A stretch of DNA of 64,000 nucleotides from Rhizophagus irregularis (taxonomy: Eukaryota), in the NCBI RefSeq assembly GCF_026210795.1, contig NC_089429.1, positions 6,944,001 through 7,008,000 of the forward strand. Direction: 5' to 3'. Within the stretch, counting starts at the first letter, position 1. Every line of letters starts with the position of its first letter. The position numbers were made by a program, and so were the translations under genes. This document shows, piece by piece, positions 25,600 through 37,123 of the stretch. The notes under the pieces are model-generated. The model was given only the letters and a program-made list of their open reading frames with translations, made no database searches and had not been told where the DNA came from.

Positions 25600-26650
25600 C
25601 AGGTGGTGTTCCTATAAAACTATCAATAAAATGTTAGGAAATGTTCTTAAACAAAATTAGCAAAAGAAAACCTTTGTCTCCAAGAGTCTCTGAAAGTCGT
25701 TCCTATAAAAAAAATTATTAAAAGAACATTAGGAACATTCTTGAACAAAATTAACAAAAGAAATAAAAGAAAACTTACTTTTTATCTCCAAGAGTCTCCA
25801 GGGGGCATTCCTATAAAAAAAATTATTGAAAGAACGTTAGAAACATTCTTAAACAGAATTAAGAAAAGAGACGAAAAAGAAAACTTACCTTTCGTCTAGG
25901 GTGTTTTTACAAAAAAAATTATCGAAAGAACATTAGGAAATGTTCTTAAACAAAATTAGCAAAAGAAAATGAAATCCTTTTGTCTCCAAGAGTCTCTGGG
26001 AGGCGTTCCTATAAAAAAATTATTCAAAGAATGTTAGGGAACATTCTTAAATGAAATTAACAAAAGAAAACATAAAAAACTTACCTTTCATCTCCAAGAG
26101 TCACCAGGAGGCGTTCTATAAAAAAAATTATTGGAAGAATGTTAGGAAATGTTCTTAAACGACATTAGCAAAAGAAACAAAAAAGAAACATTACCTTTCA
26201 TCTCCAGAGTCACCAGGAGGCGTTTCTACAAAAAAATTATTGAAAGAATGTTAGGAAACGTTCTTAAATGAAATTAACAAAAGAAAACAAAAAAGAAACA
26301 TTACCTTTCATCTCCAAGAGTCACCAGGAGGTGTTCCTATAAAAAAAATTATTGAAGAACGTTAGGAAATGTTCTTAAATGACATTAACAAAAGAAACAA
26401 AAAAGAAACATTACCTTCATCTCCAGAGTCGCCAGGAGGCGTTCCTACAAAAAAATTATTGAAAGAACGTTAGGAAACGTTCTTAAATGACATTAAAAGA
26501 AAACAAAAAAGAAACATTACCTTTCATCTCCAAGAGTCACCAGGAGGTGTTCCTATAAAAAAAATTACTGAAAGAACGTTAGGAACGTTCTTGAACGAAA
26601 TGAATGGGAAAAAATGAAAAAAACACCTTTTATTTTTAGGAGTCCATTTT
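25600..26650 (-). repeat. ~120-bp tandem micro-exon/intron units (~8 copies)
   Basis: TAG|GAACACCTCCTGGTGACTCTTGGAGATGAAAG|GTAAT...CCTAAC...TTTTGTAG repeated. Confidence 0.85.
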
Positions 26651-26845
26651 GTCTTCAGGGTATTCCTACAAAAAAAGGGTAATGAAAAAAAAACATTATA
26701 AAATGTTCCTAAATGAAGTAAAAATAAAAATAAAAAATAAAAAATAGATTGATTATCTAAATACACAACCAATAAAATTTTAAAATCACATCACGTGATA
26801 GGGTGCATTTGAACGCCAGGTGCGTTTAAATTTTAAACCCTTTTA

Positions 26846-28501
26846 TCTATTATTTATATCTACATATCTATATAACAAAAAAGTCATATAAAATTGTATA
26901 ATGATATAATGTGTATTTATCTGTATTATTGATTTATTATCTGTTATTTTTTAGTTAAATTTTTGGATCGGTAAATCAATATCATGAATACCGATCAATC
27001 TGATCATTTATATCATCATTTTATCATTACAAATGCTGATCATTTTATATAATAAATCATACTATGAACACCGATCATTTCTGTTGACTGAAATTATCAT
27101 AGCTTTATTACCAAATTACCAAAATTTAGATATTTTAAAAAAAGCTATTATAAAATTAAAATTATCTATAATATTATAATTTCGTATGATTTAACATAAA
27201 ATATATTTTTGATCCCTGTTTCATATGATACATCTACATAACATATTATAAATTAATTTTTTCATTATATAGCACATATTAAAGTAAGTTAAATAAAAAA
27301 ATTCTATAGTATTTAGATTACCCTGTATAAATAATTTGAATTGTGTAATGGGTGGTTTGTCTGCTCCCGAAATATTTGATCTATATTATTATGGTTAAAA
27401 TCCATTAATCAGTAAATTATAGCATTAATACCAAATTGCTAATCATTGCTATTTTATTGCTGAAATTAAAAAAAAAATTAATTAGCCCGTTTATTGATTA
27501 CAAATACTTATTATTATAACTATGTACTCTTTTCATGATTAGATTGAAGGTCCTGAAAGTGTGATCCAAAGTATTCGTGTCGGATATTCACTAATTAGAT
27601 TCCAATTTTTTTAAAATAAAATGCAATTAAATGTTTTTTTGATTTTTTTTCTTATAACAATGGGACACAATTATTTTTTTTAAAAATTATATTTATTTCG
27701 TCAATAACAATATTTTTTTCATAATAACAATATTTTTTTCGTCAATAACAATAGGATACAATGTAATTTTTTTTGATATTAATAATGATAACTTTTAATA
27801 TTATTCATTCAATATTAAAATTTTTCGATAACAATAAATTCCACAAATACATTATTTTTATCAAAATGTTCTTTGATAAATCATAAATCATCAACATATA
27901 TTTTATTTTTGTGATAATATATATAAAACATCAATTTTCCATCAACATAATATGTAATATTTTGTTAATACTAAATTAATATGGCTTCACTTCAGGAAAC
28001 ATTTGAAGATAAAATGCCTGAACAATGTAAAAAAAGATTAAATAATGAAAGTCAAACCTGTACAGACATGCATAAATCTCATAGATATCAGTGAATTAAA
28101 ATTCTCATATTACATCAAGAGAACTGTCAGACAAAAAACATTGTATATAATGAAATTTTTCAAAATATTTAACACTCATTTATTGTAAATATAATTTAAA
28201 TTACTTTAATGCACTATAATTATATCATTCTAATATATAGCTACATTATTGTAAATATAATTCATATCATTTCTAAATATAATTTATATTATTCTAATAC
28301 TGTAAATATCATTTTACTAATTGTTAATATGATTTAATATATCTTATTTTAATATTTTTTTGTTAACTAATTATTAACTATATATCAAGTTTTAATTAAT
28401 AAACAAAAAACTGTAACCATTTTTAATTTACATTATAATACCAAATTGTTCTATTTAAACCAACTCATTAGGTCCAGTGCAAAGCAACAGGTAACTGCTA
28501 G
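26846..28501 (+). mobile_element. Second, oppositely oriented Helitron derivative nested inside the first (5' end approximate)
   Basis: TCTA-type starts at 26846-26867; 3' CCAGTGCAAAGCAACAGG hairpin + CTAG|T; short remnant ORF MASLQETFEDKMPEQCKKRL near 27981. Confidence 0.55.
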
Positions 28502-29439
28502 TATATATATAAAATAATTAGTACTGTTAGGCGCAAATGAATCATGTGAATCATGCGATACAATTCAAAGATTATTTATACAGGCTAATCTAAACGTTAG
28601 AAGATCGACATGTATTTTTTTATTATATTATATAGATTATTAGAAAAAAAACGCTGAAACGTTTTTTTTTGTATTAATTATTATAGAAAAAATGTTTTGG
28701 CGTTTTTTCATATAAAATTATTAAAAAAAACGCCGAAACGTTTTTTTTTTGTCATTATTATTAAGAAAAAACGTTTTGGCGTTTTTTCATGTAAATTATA
28801 TTAAAAAAATGCCGAAAACGTTTTTTTTTGTATTAGTTGTTAAGAAAAAACGTTTCGGCGTTTTTTCATATAAAATTATAAAAAAAAATGTCGAAACATT
28901 TTTTTTTTGTATTAATTATTAAGAAAAAACGTTTCAGCGTTTTTTCATATAATAAATATTAAAAAAACGCCGAAACGTTACTTTTTAACAGAAAAATGTC
29001 AAGTTTGGCATTTTTTTGTTTTTTTTAACTAAAAAACGTCGGGTTGACGTTTTCAATTAAAAAACCCGGGTTTTTTTAATTTTTTAATCATTTTTGATAC
29101 ACAGGTCAAACGGGTCAAACGGGTCGGATCAGGTAAGACAGATTACCTGACCCAACCCGACCCGATTTTTTTTGTCGGGTCGGGTAAGATGGATTACCCG
29201 ACCTGACCCGACCCGTTCGGAATACTAATCTGAGTGTTATTGTGATATTTCATAAAAAATATTTTTCTTACTATTTTTATTTTTAAACTACTTGAATTTA
29301 TAATTAATGAAAGAATTAATTTAAAATCCATGTCAAGTTATTTTCAAATTTTTATCATCTCAGTTCTTAATTTTCATATTTTTATTTTTTATATAAAATT
29401 TTTTTAAATTAAACTTCTTTTACCAAATACACTATAATC

Positions 29440-30235
29440 TCCACTTTGGCCAAATGAAATCAACTTTATTTATTAATTGAAAATTGTTTAGATGTGTTGA
29501 AACTAGAGGTCTGCAAACGGGACCTGGAACCCGGAAACCCTAACCCAGCCCGGACCCAGATCTGGATTTTGGCTGGCAAACTTTCTTCAAAATTCACCCA
29601 GGCCGGGTCTGGGCCAACACATGAATTTTCGTTGAACCTGGATTTTCATAATTCTGGCCAAAATCGTCTTAATTCCGGCCAAAATTAATCTGGCCAAAAT
29701 TAAGTTAGCCAATTTTTTTGTTTTTACAACAAAATGATATAATAAAAGTCTGAATCTGGTCCAGGCCAGGTTTTTAATATTTTAAGTCTGGGCCAGGCCA
29801 GGCTGGGCACTTTATGTTAATTTCCAAGTGCGGGCCAGGCTGGGTTGTAAAATAGTAGTCAATGCAGACCTCTAGTTGAAACCACTTGATATGAATGTAG
29901 GTATAGTGCTTAGAGAAATTGCATTTTTCTTGATGATATTAACTCTCTTTTCTGTTTTTTAATTTAGAGTGTAATATTTCCACTTTGGGCAAATGAAATC
30001 AACTTCATTTATTAATTGAAAGTTGTTCAGGCAGGTTGAAACCACTTGAATATTAATTTTCATAAATGTAGGTGTAGTGTTTAAAGAAAATTGCATTTTT
30101 CTTGATGATATTAACTCTCTTTTCTGTTTTTAAATTTAGAGTGTAATATTTCCATTTGGGCAAATGAAATACACTTTATTTATTAATTGAAAGTTGTTCA
30201 GGCAGGTTGAAATACTTGAATATTAGTTTTCATAA
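29440..30235. repeat. ~180-bp tandem repeat (3 copies), first copy interrupted by a MITE
   Basis: CAAATGAAAT...TATTAATTGAAA...GTTGAAA recurs three times. Confidence 0.8.
29504..29874. mobile_element. hAT-type MITE
   Basis: TIR TAGAGGTCTGCA / TGCAGACCTCTA, 8-bp TSD GTTGAAAC. Confidence 0.95.
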
Positions 30236-30759
30236 GATTTCATTTTTTTGTAGCTGTAATAACTTTAGAACACTTATTACAGCTTATGTAAATTATAAAA
30301 ATTAATTTATATTATTGGCTGATTATAATCACATGATCCCATTTGATTTAATAATTTAATAGAATGTTATTATTTAAAATTATATTCATATAAATGCAAC
30401 TAATATTAATAATTATAATTTAAGCAGTAAATTCATTGACCAATTCATGTAAATTCTATATTCAAATTATGTAATTTCTTTATATAAATTCAGTATAAAT
30501 TATGGTTAATCATGCAAATGATGCATTTTTGTGATGTGGAATTGTGCATTTTCCTGTATCCCTATATATAGTTTAGATACATCATCAGGAAATTTTATAG
30601 TGCAAAAAATTGCATAAGTTTACAATTTTGTAAGTTTACAAAAGTTTATGGCATAATATTTCAAAAAATTTCAAAATATTATATAAGTTTATAATTTTGT
30701 AAGATTTATGTGATATTACGGTCAAAATATTACACAAGTTTTTAATATCAAAAGATTCA

Positions 30760-30970
30760 CGCAATATTACAGTTGAAATATTTTGAAAATTTACGGTTTT
30801 GTGAACCTGCATAATATTACAGTTGAAATATTTTGAAAATTTACGAGACTGTAAACCTGCGTAATATTACAGTTGAAATATTTTGAAAATTTACGAGACC
30901 ATAAACCTGCGTAATATTACAGTTGAAATATTTTGAAAATTTATGTGACCATAAACCTGCATAATATTAC
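30760..30970. repeat. ~50-bp tandem repeat (4 copies)
   Basis: AATATTACAGTTGAAATATTTTGAAAATTTA...AAACCTGC units. Confidence 0.85.
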
Positions 30971-31021
30971 TATTCAGATAAACTTGCAGTATGCAGTAGA
31001 ATGTATACAAGGGCATGTAAT

Positions 31022-31235
31022 TAGTGTTTGGATCTGAAGCGGTTTTATCCGGGGTTTATCCGGTATCCGTTTCGGTTAATTCAGGATGGAACTATCAGAA
31101 TTACCAATTTTTTGATTCATAATATATTAAATATTCTGGTCGAAATTATAGTCTATTCAGAACTGAGATTTACAATCTTTTTTCGGCAATAATCTCATTT
31201 AAAATATTTAAGATTTTATCCAGATCAAAACACTA
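31022..31235. mobile_element. hAT-type MITE
   Basis: TIR TAGTGTTTGGATCTG / CAGATCAAAACACTA, 8-bp TSD CATGTAAT. Confidence 0.93.
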
Positions 31236-32436
31236 CATGTAATACTATTGCAAATTTTATTTTATTTTTATTTTTTTTATTTACAAATTTTTATGTTAAT
31301 TTTGATTAAAAATTAAAAGCAAATTCTATTTTTATTTAAAATTTTTTATTATTTACAATTTTTATGTTAATCAATTAAAAATTAAAAGCAAATTCTATTT
31401 TTATTATAACTTATAAAAAAAATACACATTTGATACTTGTTTGCTACTATTTTATAAAATAGTACCCAGGCTATATAACATGAATGTCAGTATCAGTTGC
31501 AGCCCAAAAAAAATGTGAGTCTTTACCCTTTATTTGGTATGGACTGGCCTTCGCTACTCTAAGGATACTGGAGAAACTAAGGAGTTTTGGCAAGTTAGCA
31601 AAATGTTGAAATAGCAAAACTTTGCCAAAACTATATGAAAGTCTTATTAAAAAGTTGGCAAAACTTTGGAGAAAAGTGAAACCTAACAAAACTTATTATA
31701 AATGCTGAAACTGCCAAAATCTTGCCAAAACTATAGTAAAACTATAGTAAAATCTTGAAGAAACTAATCGTAGAATTTTGGAGAGGTTTAGGCAGGTAAC
31801 CTTACATTACTCATTCATGTGTAAATATAAATTTAAAAGTAAAATTATCTTCTTCTATGATACGTAAGTAGGTTTCTTCTCCTCCTACGATCATGGTTCA
31901 TTTCTAAGAAATTTACAGATTTAGTAAATATTATTTATACAAATTTTCATTACAATATAATATTATAATTACTCAGCCTCTCCCAAAAGGCCAAAACCTA
32001 GTTCAGAATAGCCTAAAATACCTTTTGCCAGTACGCGTATATAGTCTTCATCTGGGAATACTATTATGATATAAACAAAAATTCTAAATATCAAAAAAAT
32101 TAACATTAATAAAATGAATAATATTTAATTATATGACAAATATAAAATTTAATATTCAATTTATATTTTTTATTTATTCTTTCATTTACATGATAATCCC
32201 TAAGGAGATTTTGCCACTTCTGGCTGCATTGTTGTCCGGTGAAGTGCGTATCAAATCTGTCATTTATTCTAATTCAATTAAATGGATTAGTTAATTTAAA
32301 GATTTTTCTCAATTTCTATAAAATAAAATATTGTACACATGATAATATGAACCTTCATGCAATTACAGATCAAAATTCTTGGCGGCTTGTCCCATATAAA
32401 CTGTAATATTATGCATTTTTTGTGAACGGTGCCATA

Positions 32437-35400
32437 CTACTGGTCAGAATAGTCCATTTTGTCCAAATTTCAAATTGATGAATGTTGGATGAAAGTTGGT
32501 CTAATTTTGGCCGATCATTGCCAAAAAAATCGTCAAAATTATTATGGACAATTTGCACAGTTTGTCTGCCACTTAGCAATCACAAATCGGCAAAATTCAT
32601 TAAAAATCAGAAATAAACTATTCGTCAACCTTTTGCTAGTCATTCGTCTAAATTTTAAATTGTGAAATTGAGTCTAATTTTGTCTAATTGTTAATGATTT
32701 TTATGTATTTAGTTTATTTTAATTTTGCAATAACAATCAATTAATTATATTTTATTTTTTCACTTTATTAAAATTACACATTAAAAATTATTATATTAAA
32801 TATCAAATATCTACAGTATCTGTCTATTTACACCTACCATTCACCATTTACCATCCACCATCCACTATTTACCATTTACCATTCACCATCCATTGTCAAC
32901 CATTATCAACCATTGTCAACTATCATCCACATCCATCATCTACTATTCATCATTCACCATCTATCGTCCACCATTATCTACTATCATCCACTCATCCAAA
33001 ATTATCTACAACTTACTTTATCTGACAAAAGTCCGAAAGAGAAACCTACAAAAAAAATAAAGAAATGGTTAGTAAACTGTTATTATTTCAATAAAAAAAT
33101 GTCAAAGTTTTGAAGATTCAAAACCTACCCATTCAATAGAAGTCCGAAAGAAAAACCTACAAAAAAAAATAAATAAACGGGTAGTAAACTGATTCTTTAA
33201 TAAAAAAAATTTTAGTTTTGAAATATTTTGAAATTTACCTAACGAAAAATTCAAAGTGAAACCTATAAAAAAAAGAAGAAACGATTAGTTAAAGTTTCTT
33301 TAAAAAAAAAATAATTTCAAAATATGAAATTTACCTGATTTATTCAATATAAAGTGGAAACTTACAAAAAAAGGAAAGAAATGATTAGTTTTTTATTAAA
33401 AAAGTTTTGAAAAAGAAAGTGAAATTTTGAAACTCACCTATTCAAAGCCCAAGGATATCACAACTGATACCTACAAAATAAAAAAATAAATAAATAAAAT
33501 TAAAAATTTATTTTTAAAGTTTTGAAAAGAAACAAAGCTTTGAAACTCACCTATCCAAAATCCAAGAACCAAAAGTCAAAACCTACAAAAATGAAAAAAA
33601 GATTAAAATAAAATTAAAAAAGTAATTTTTTTTAAAAAAAGTTTTGAAGTTATTATTCCAAACTCACCCATATATTCAAAGCCTAATAACTGAAAGCTGA
33701 AACCTACAAAATAGAAAAAAAAATTAAAATAAAATTAAAAAAATCTTTTTTTTAAATAGTTTTAAAGTTTTAACTTCAAAACTTACCCATATATCCAAAG
33801 TCCAACCAAAAGTCGAAACCTACAAAATAGAAAAAAAAGATTAAAATAAAATTAAAAAAAAATCTTTTTTTAAAATAAGTTTCAAAGTTTTACTTCAAAA
33901 CTTACCCATATATCCAAAGCCCAAGAACCAAAAGTCAAAACCTACAAAAAAGAAAAAAAGATTAAAATAAAATAAAAAAAAAATCTTTTTTTTAAATAAG
34001 TTTCAAAGTTTCACTTCAAAACTTACCCATATATCCAAAGCCCAAGAACCAAAAGTCAAAACCTATAAAAAAGAAAAAAAAATTAAAATAAAATTAAAAA
34101 AAAATATTTTTTTTTAAAAAAAAGTTTCAAAGTTTTCCGTATATCCAATGCTCAAAAACTGAAGGCTGAACCTACAAAATGAAAAAAAAAAATTAAAATA
34201 ATTTTTTTCAAAAAAAGTTTTGAAGTTTTACTTTGAAACTTATCCATATATCTAACGCTTAAGAACCAAAAGCTGAAACCTACAAAATAGAAGAAAAAAA
34301 TAAAAAAAATTTAAAAAAAAATAATTTTATTTTAAAGAGTTTTAATTTCTTCGCTTCAAAACTCATCTATATATCTAATGTGAAGCTGAAACCTACAAAA
34401 TAGAAGAAAAAAAAATCAAAAAAAATATAATAAAAATAAAAAAAATAAGATTCGTATTTGTATTTACAAATTTTGGTTTATCTATTCATCAGAAATCCAT
34501 CCAACCTATAAAAAAAAGAGAAAAACGGTTATTAGTAACTATTCGTAATATTAAAAATAAAAAAAAACAAAACTAAGATTTGTATATACTTACGAATTTT
34601 GGTTTTCTGATCTTTGGAAGCCTATTCAAATCTAAAAAAAATGAAAAGAACGGTTATTAGTAACTGTTCATTAATATTAAAAAAAAAATAATAAAAATAA
34701 AACCAAGATTCATATATACTTATGATAAGTAAATCGTTCTTTAAAAAAAAGATAGTTTTGAAGAGATTCTTCAAAACTTACCTTTGGGATTCAGTATCCA
34801 AGTAGGAACCGATTTTCCTACAAGAAAAAGATAAAAAAACATTAAAAAAACGTTTTTTATGACATTAATAGTTTCAAAAAAAAAAATTTTGAAACTAACC
34901 TTTGGGATTTCAGTATCCAAGTAGGAGCCAATATCCCTATAATTAAATATAAAAAAAAATGTTTATTTTAACATTTTTTTTAATAGTTTTGAAGAGATTC
35001 TTCAAAACTTACCTTTGGGATTCAGTATCCATGCCGAAACTGATATCCTTACAATAATATAAAAAAAAATGTTAGAAATTAACATTTTTTTATTAAAGTT
35101 TTGAAAATTCTGGAAACTTATCTTGGAATTCAGTATCCATGCCAGAACTGAATTCCTATATAGAAAAAATCAAAAAAAAATGTTTTTAAAAAAGTTTTGA
35201 AATATTTTATTTTGAAACTTACCTGGAATATTGGCGTCCACATTTGAGCTGAATTCCTATATAGAAAAATCAAAAAAAAATGTTTTTTATTAAAAAACAT
35301 TTTTAAAAAAGTTTCAAAACATTTGTTTTAAAACTTATCTGGAATATCGGCATCCACATTGGAGCTGAATTCCTATATAAAAAAATCAAAAAAAAAACAT

Positions 35401-36250
35401 TTTTTTATTAAAAAACATTTTTAAAGAAGTTTCAAAACTTACCTGAAATATCGGTGTTTACGTTGGAGTTGAATTCCTATATAGAAAAATAAAAAAAACG
35501 TTTTTAAAGTTTTGAAACATTTTGTTTTGAAACTTAACTGGAATATCGGCGTCTCATGTTGGAGCTGAATTCCTATATAAAAAAATCGAAAAAAAAAAAC
35601 ATTTTTTTTTATTAAAAAATGTTTTTAAAGTTTTGAAACATTTTGTTTTGAAACTTACCTGGAATATCAGTGTTCACGTTGGAGCCAAATTCCTATATAA
35701 AAAAATCAAAATAAAAAACATTTTTTTTACTAAAAAACGTTTTATTAAAGGAAGTTCCAAAAATCTTTCAAAACTTACCTGAAATATCGTTATCCACGCC
35801 AGAACCGATTAAACAAAAAAAATGCTTTGAGAAAAAGATTTTTTTTCAAAATAGTTGAAATAGTTTAAACTATTATTAATAGTCTAAATTTGGTAATAGA
35901 TCAACTAATTACTGTGACTGCAGCTTAATACATCATATGATCATAAGTTGAAGTGTATCACTGATTTGCTAAACTTTTGCCATTATTGATATTAATTAAT
36001 TAAAAAATTGTTTAAAAATTGTCAAAAAAGTTTTTAAGTTAATTGTAAATCAATAAAAAAAAGTATTGGTCGATTTATGGTTTTTTTTATATTACAACTC
36101 AACCAAAAATCAACCAAAAATCAACCAGTTTATTTATGCCAAATTTTTTTTGATTTTTGTAATTAGCCGAATGTATGATGAATCATATGATTGATTTGCC
36201 AAATTGTTGCCGAAAGGTCTTATTGACAAAATAAATGATTTTGACCAGTG
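32437..36250. mobile_element. ~3.8-kb non-autonomous TIR element filled with splice-unit repeats
   Basis: Ends (T)ACTGGTCAGAA / TTTTGACCAGTG with TA on both sides; the flanks rejoin as a continuous reading frame on the minus strand. Confidence 0.7.
33020..35800 (-). repeat. Long array of micro-exon/intron units (several subfamilies, >20 units)
   Basis: For example TTTGTAG|GTTTTGACTTTTGGTTCTTGGGCTTTGGATATATGG|GTAAGT and TATAG|GAATTTGGCTCC...GATATTCCAG|GTAAGT. Confidence 0.85.
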
Positions 36251-36793
36251 TACGGCAGGACGAATTCAGGATGAAGCTTGATAACATAGCATGATTAAAA
36301 TTAAAAATATATTTGAGATCAGAAAAGATTAATAAATTTTGAAATTATTTGCTTGTATTAAATGGTGTTGATTGACAAAGGGTTCGTATCTCTATACTTT
36401 TTGGCGTTGAGTAATACATGGCATTTTTCAACACTTTATACTCCTGTTTAAAACTTCCTGATGATGAATGGTTAAAATATTCACTAAGAAATTGACTAGT
36501 ATCATTAAAAAATAAATTATAGCCAAAGTACTAAAATTACGCCATAAAATTTTTTTTATAAGTTTCAATTTTATTTCATTTATTTATATTTTAATATTTA
36601 TTTTTTCAGCCTTCTGAAAAAAAAAACAGTCCCATTACTTTCAGCCTTCTGAAAGTATGAAGAAAAAAACATTTTTTTTTTAAAAAAAAAAATGGAAAAA
36701 AAAATCTAATCTTCTTGCGGCAGGTTCCTATAAAAAGATAGTTACAATTGAACCATAGTTATTATAATAAATAATTTATTGTATAATATTCAC

Positions 36794-37123
36794 TTACTGC
36801 TGAGATTCATTTTTAAGACATTTTTCTAAAAATAATTGATATTCTTGCTCATTCATCCAAGGTGAAACTGGCATTTTTCCCTTGTACTTACATTTCTTTG
36901 AAAAGTGTCCTCTCCTCCAACACCTAATACAATACTCTTGAAATTCAGTTGGGATTTCAGGACACTTTTGGATCCAGTGACCTGGAGTATTACAAAAGTA
37001 ACATATGTTTTGTTTCTTTGACGTGTTATTTATGTGTAAGTCAGCAATTACTTGTGTAGTGATTCGTAATGCGTTTAAAATTCCTTCAATCTTTTTTTCA
37101 ATAATGTCTAGTTTTTCAGACAT
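36794..37123 (-). CDS. Small protein with two CCHC zinc knuckles
   Basis: CYFCNTPGHWIQKC and CIRCWRRGHFSKKC; a putative 5'-UTR intron (GTAAGG...TTAG) ends at the ATG. Confidence 0.75.
   Translation of the reverse strand: MSEKLDIIEKKIEGILNALRITTQVIADLHINNTSKKQNICYFCNTPGHWIQKCPEIPTEFQEYCIRCWRRGHFSKKCKYKGKMPVSPWMNEQEYQLFLEKCLKNESQQ

Larger units (their letters stand above)
25260..28636 (-). mobile_element. Non-autonomous Helitron
   Basis: Minus strand starts TCTATATAAT and ends in a GC-rich imperfect hairpin + CTAG; inserted between A and T with no TSD; removing it restores the host repeat CATATAAAATTATTAG. Confidence 0.9.
24387..29227. mobile_element. Non-autonomous hAT element
   Basis: TIR TAGTGTTCTGAACGG / CCGTTCGGAATACTA, perfect 8-bp TSD ATCTGAGT, GACCCG subterminal repeats. 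Confidence 0.93.
31850..36490 (-). pseudogene. Degenerate multi-exon gene of unknown function, split by the 32437-36250 element
   Basis: Exon-like segments (EYFNHSSSGSFKQEY; IRPAV|WHRSQKMHNITVYMGQAAKNFD; DLIRTSPDNNAAR; IVFPDEDYIRVLAKG) separated by AT-rich introns, with stops. Confidence 0.4.

Noticed and set aside
25600..26650. CRISPR-like appearance of the regular repeat arrays (also 33020-35800)
   Set aside because: The spacers are homologous to each other, there are no cas genes, and the context is eukaryotic
22869..30562. Large outer element bounded by GGCACAGGA...TCCTGTATCC
   Set aside because: The inverted match is too short and imperfect, and no TSD is evident
24386..33113. Short ORFs in repeats and MITEs (24386, 24722, 26524, 29494, 32459, 32913)
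   Set aside because: They are translations of repeats or low-complexity DNA
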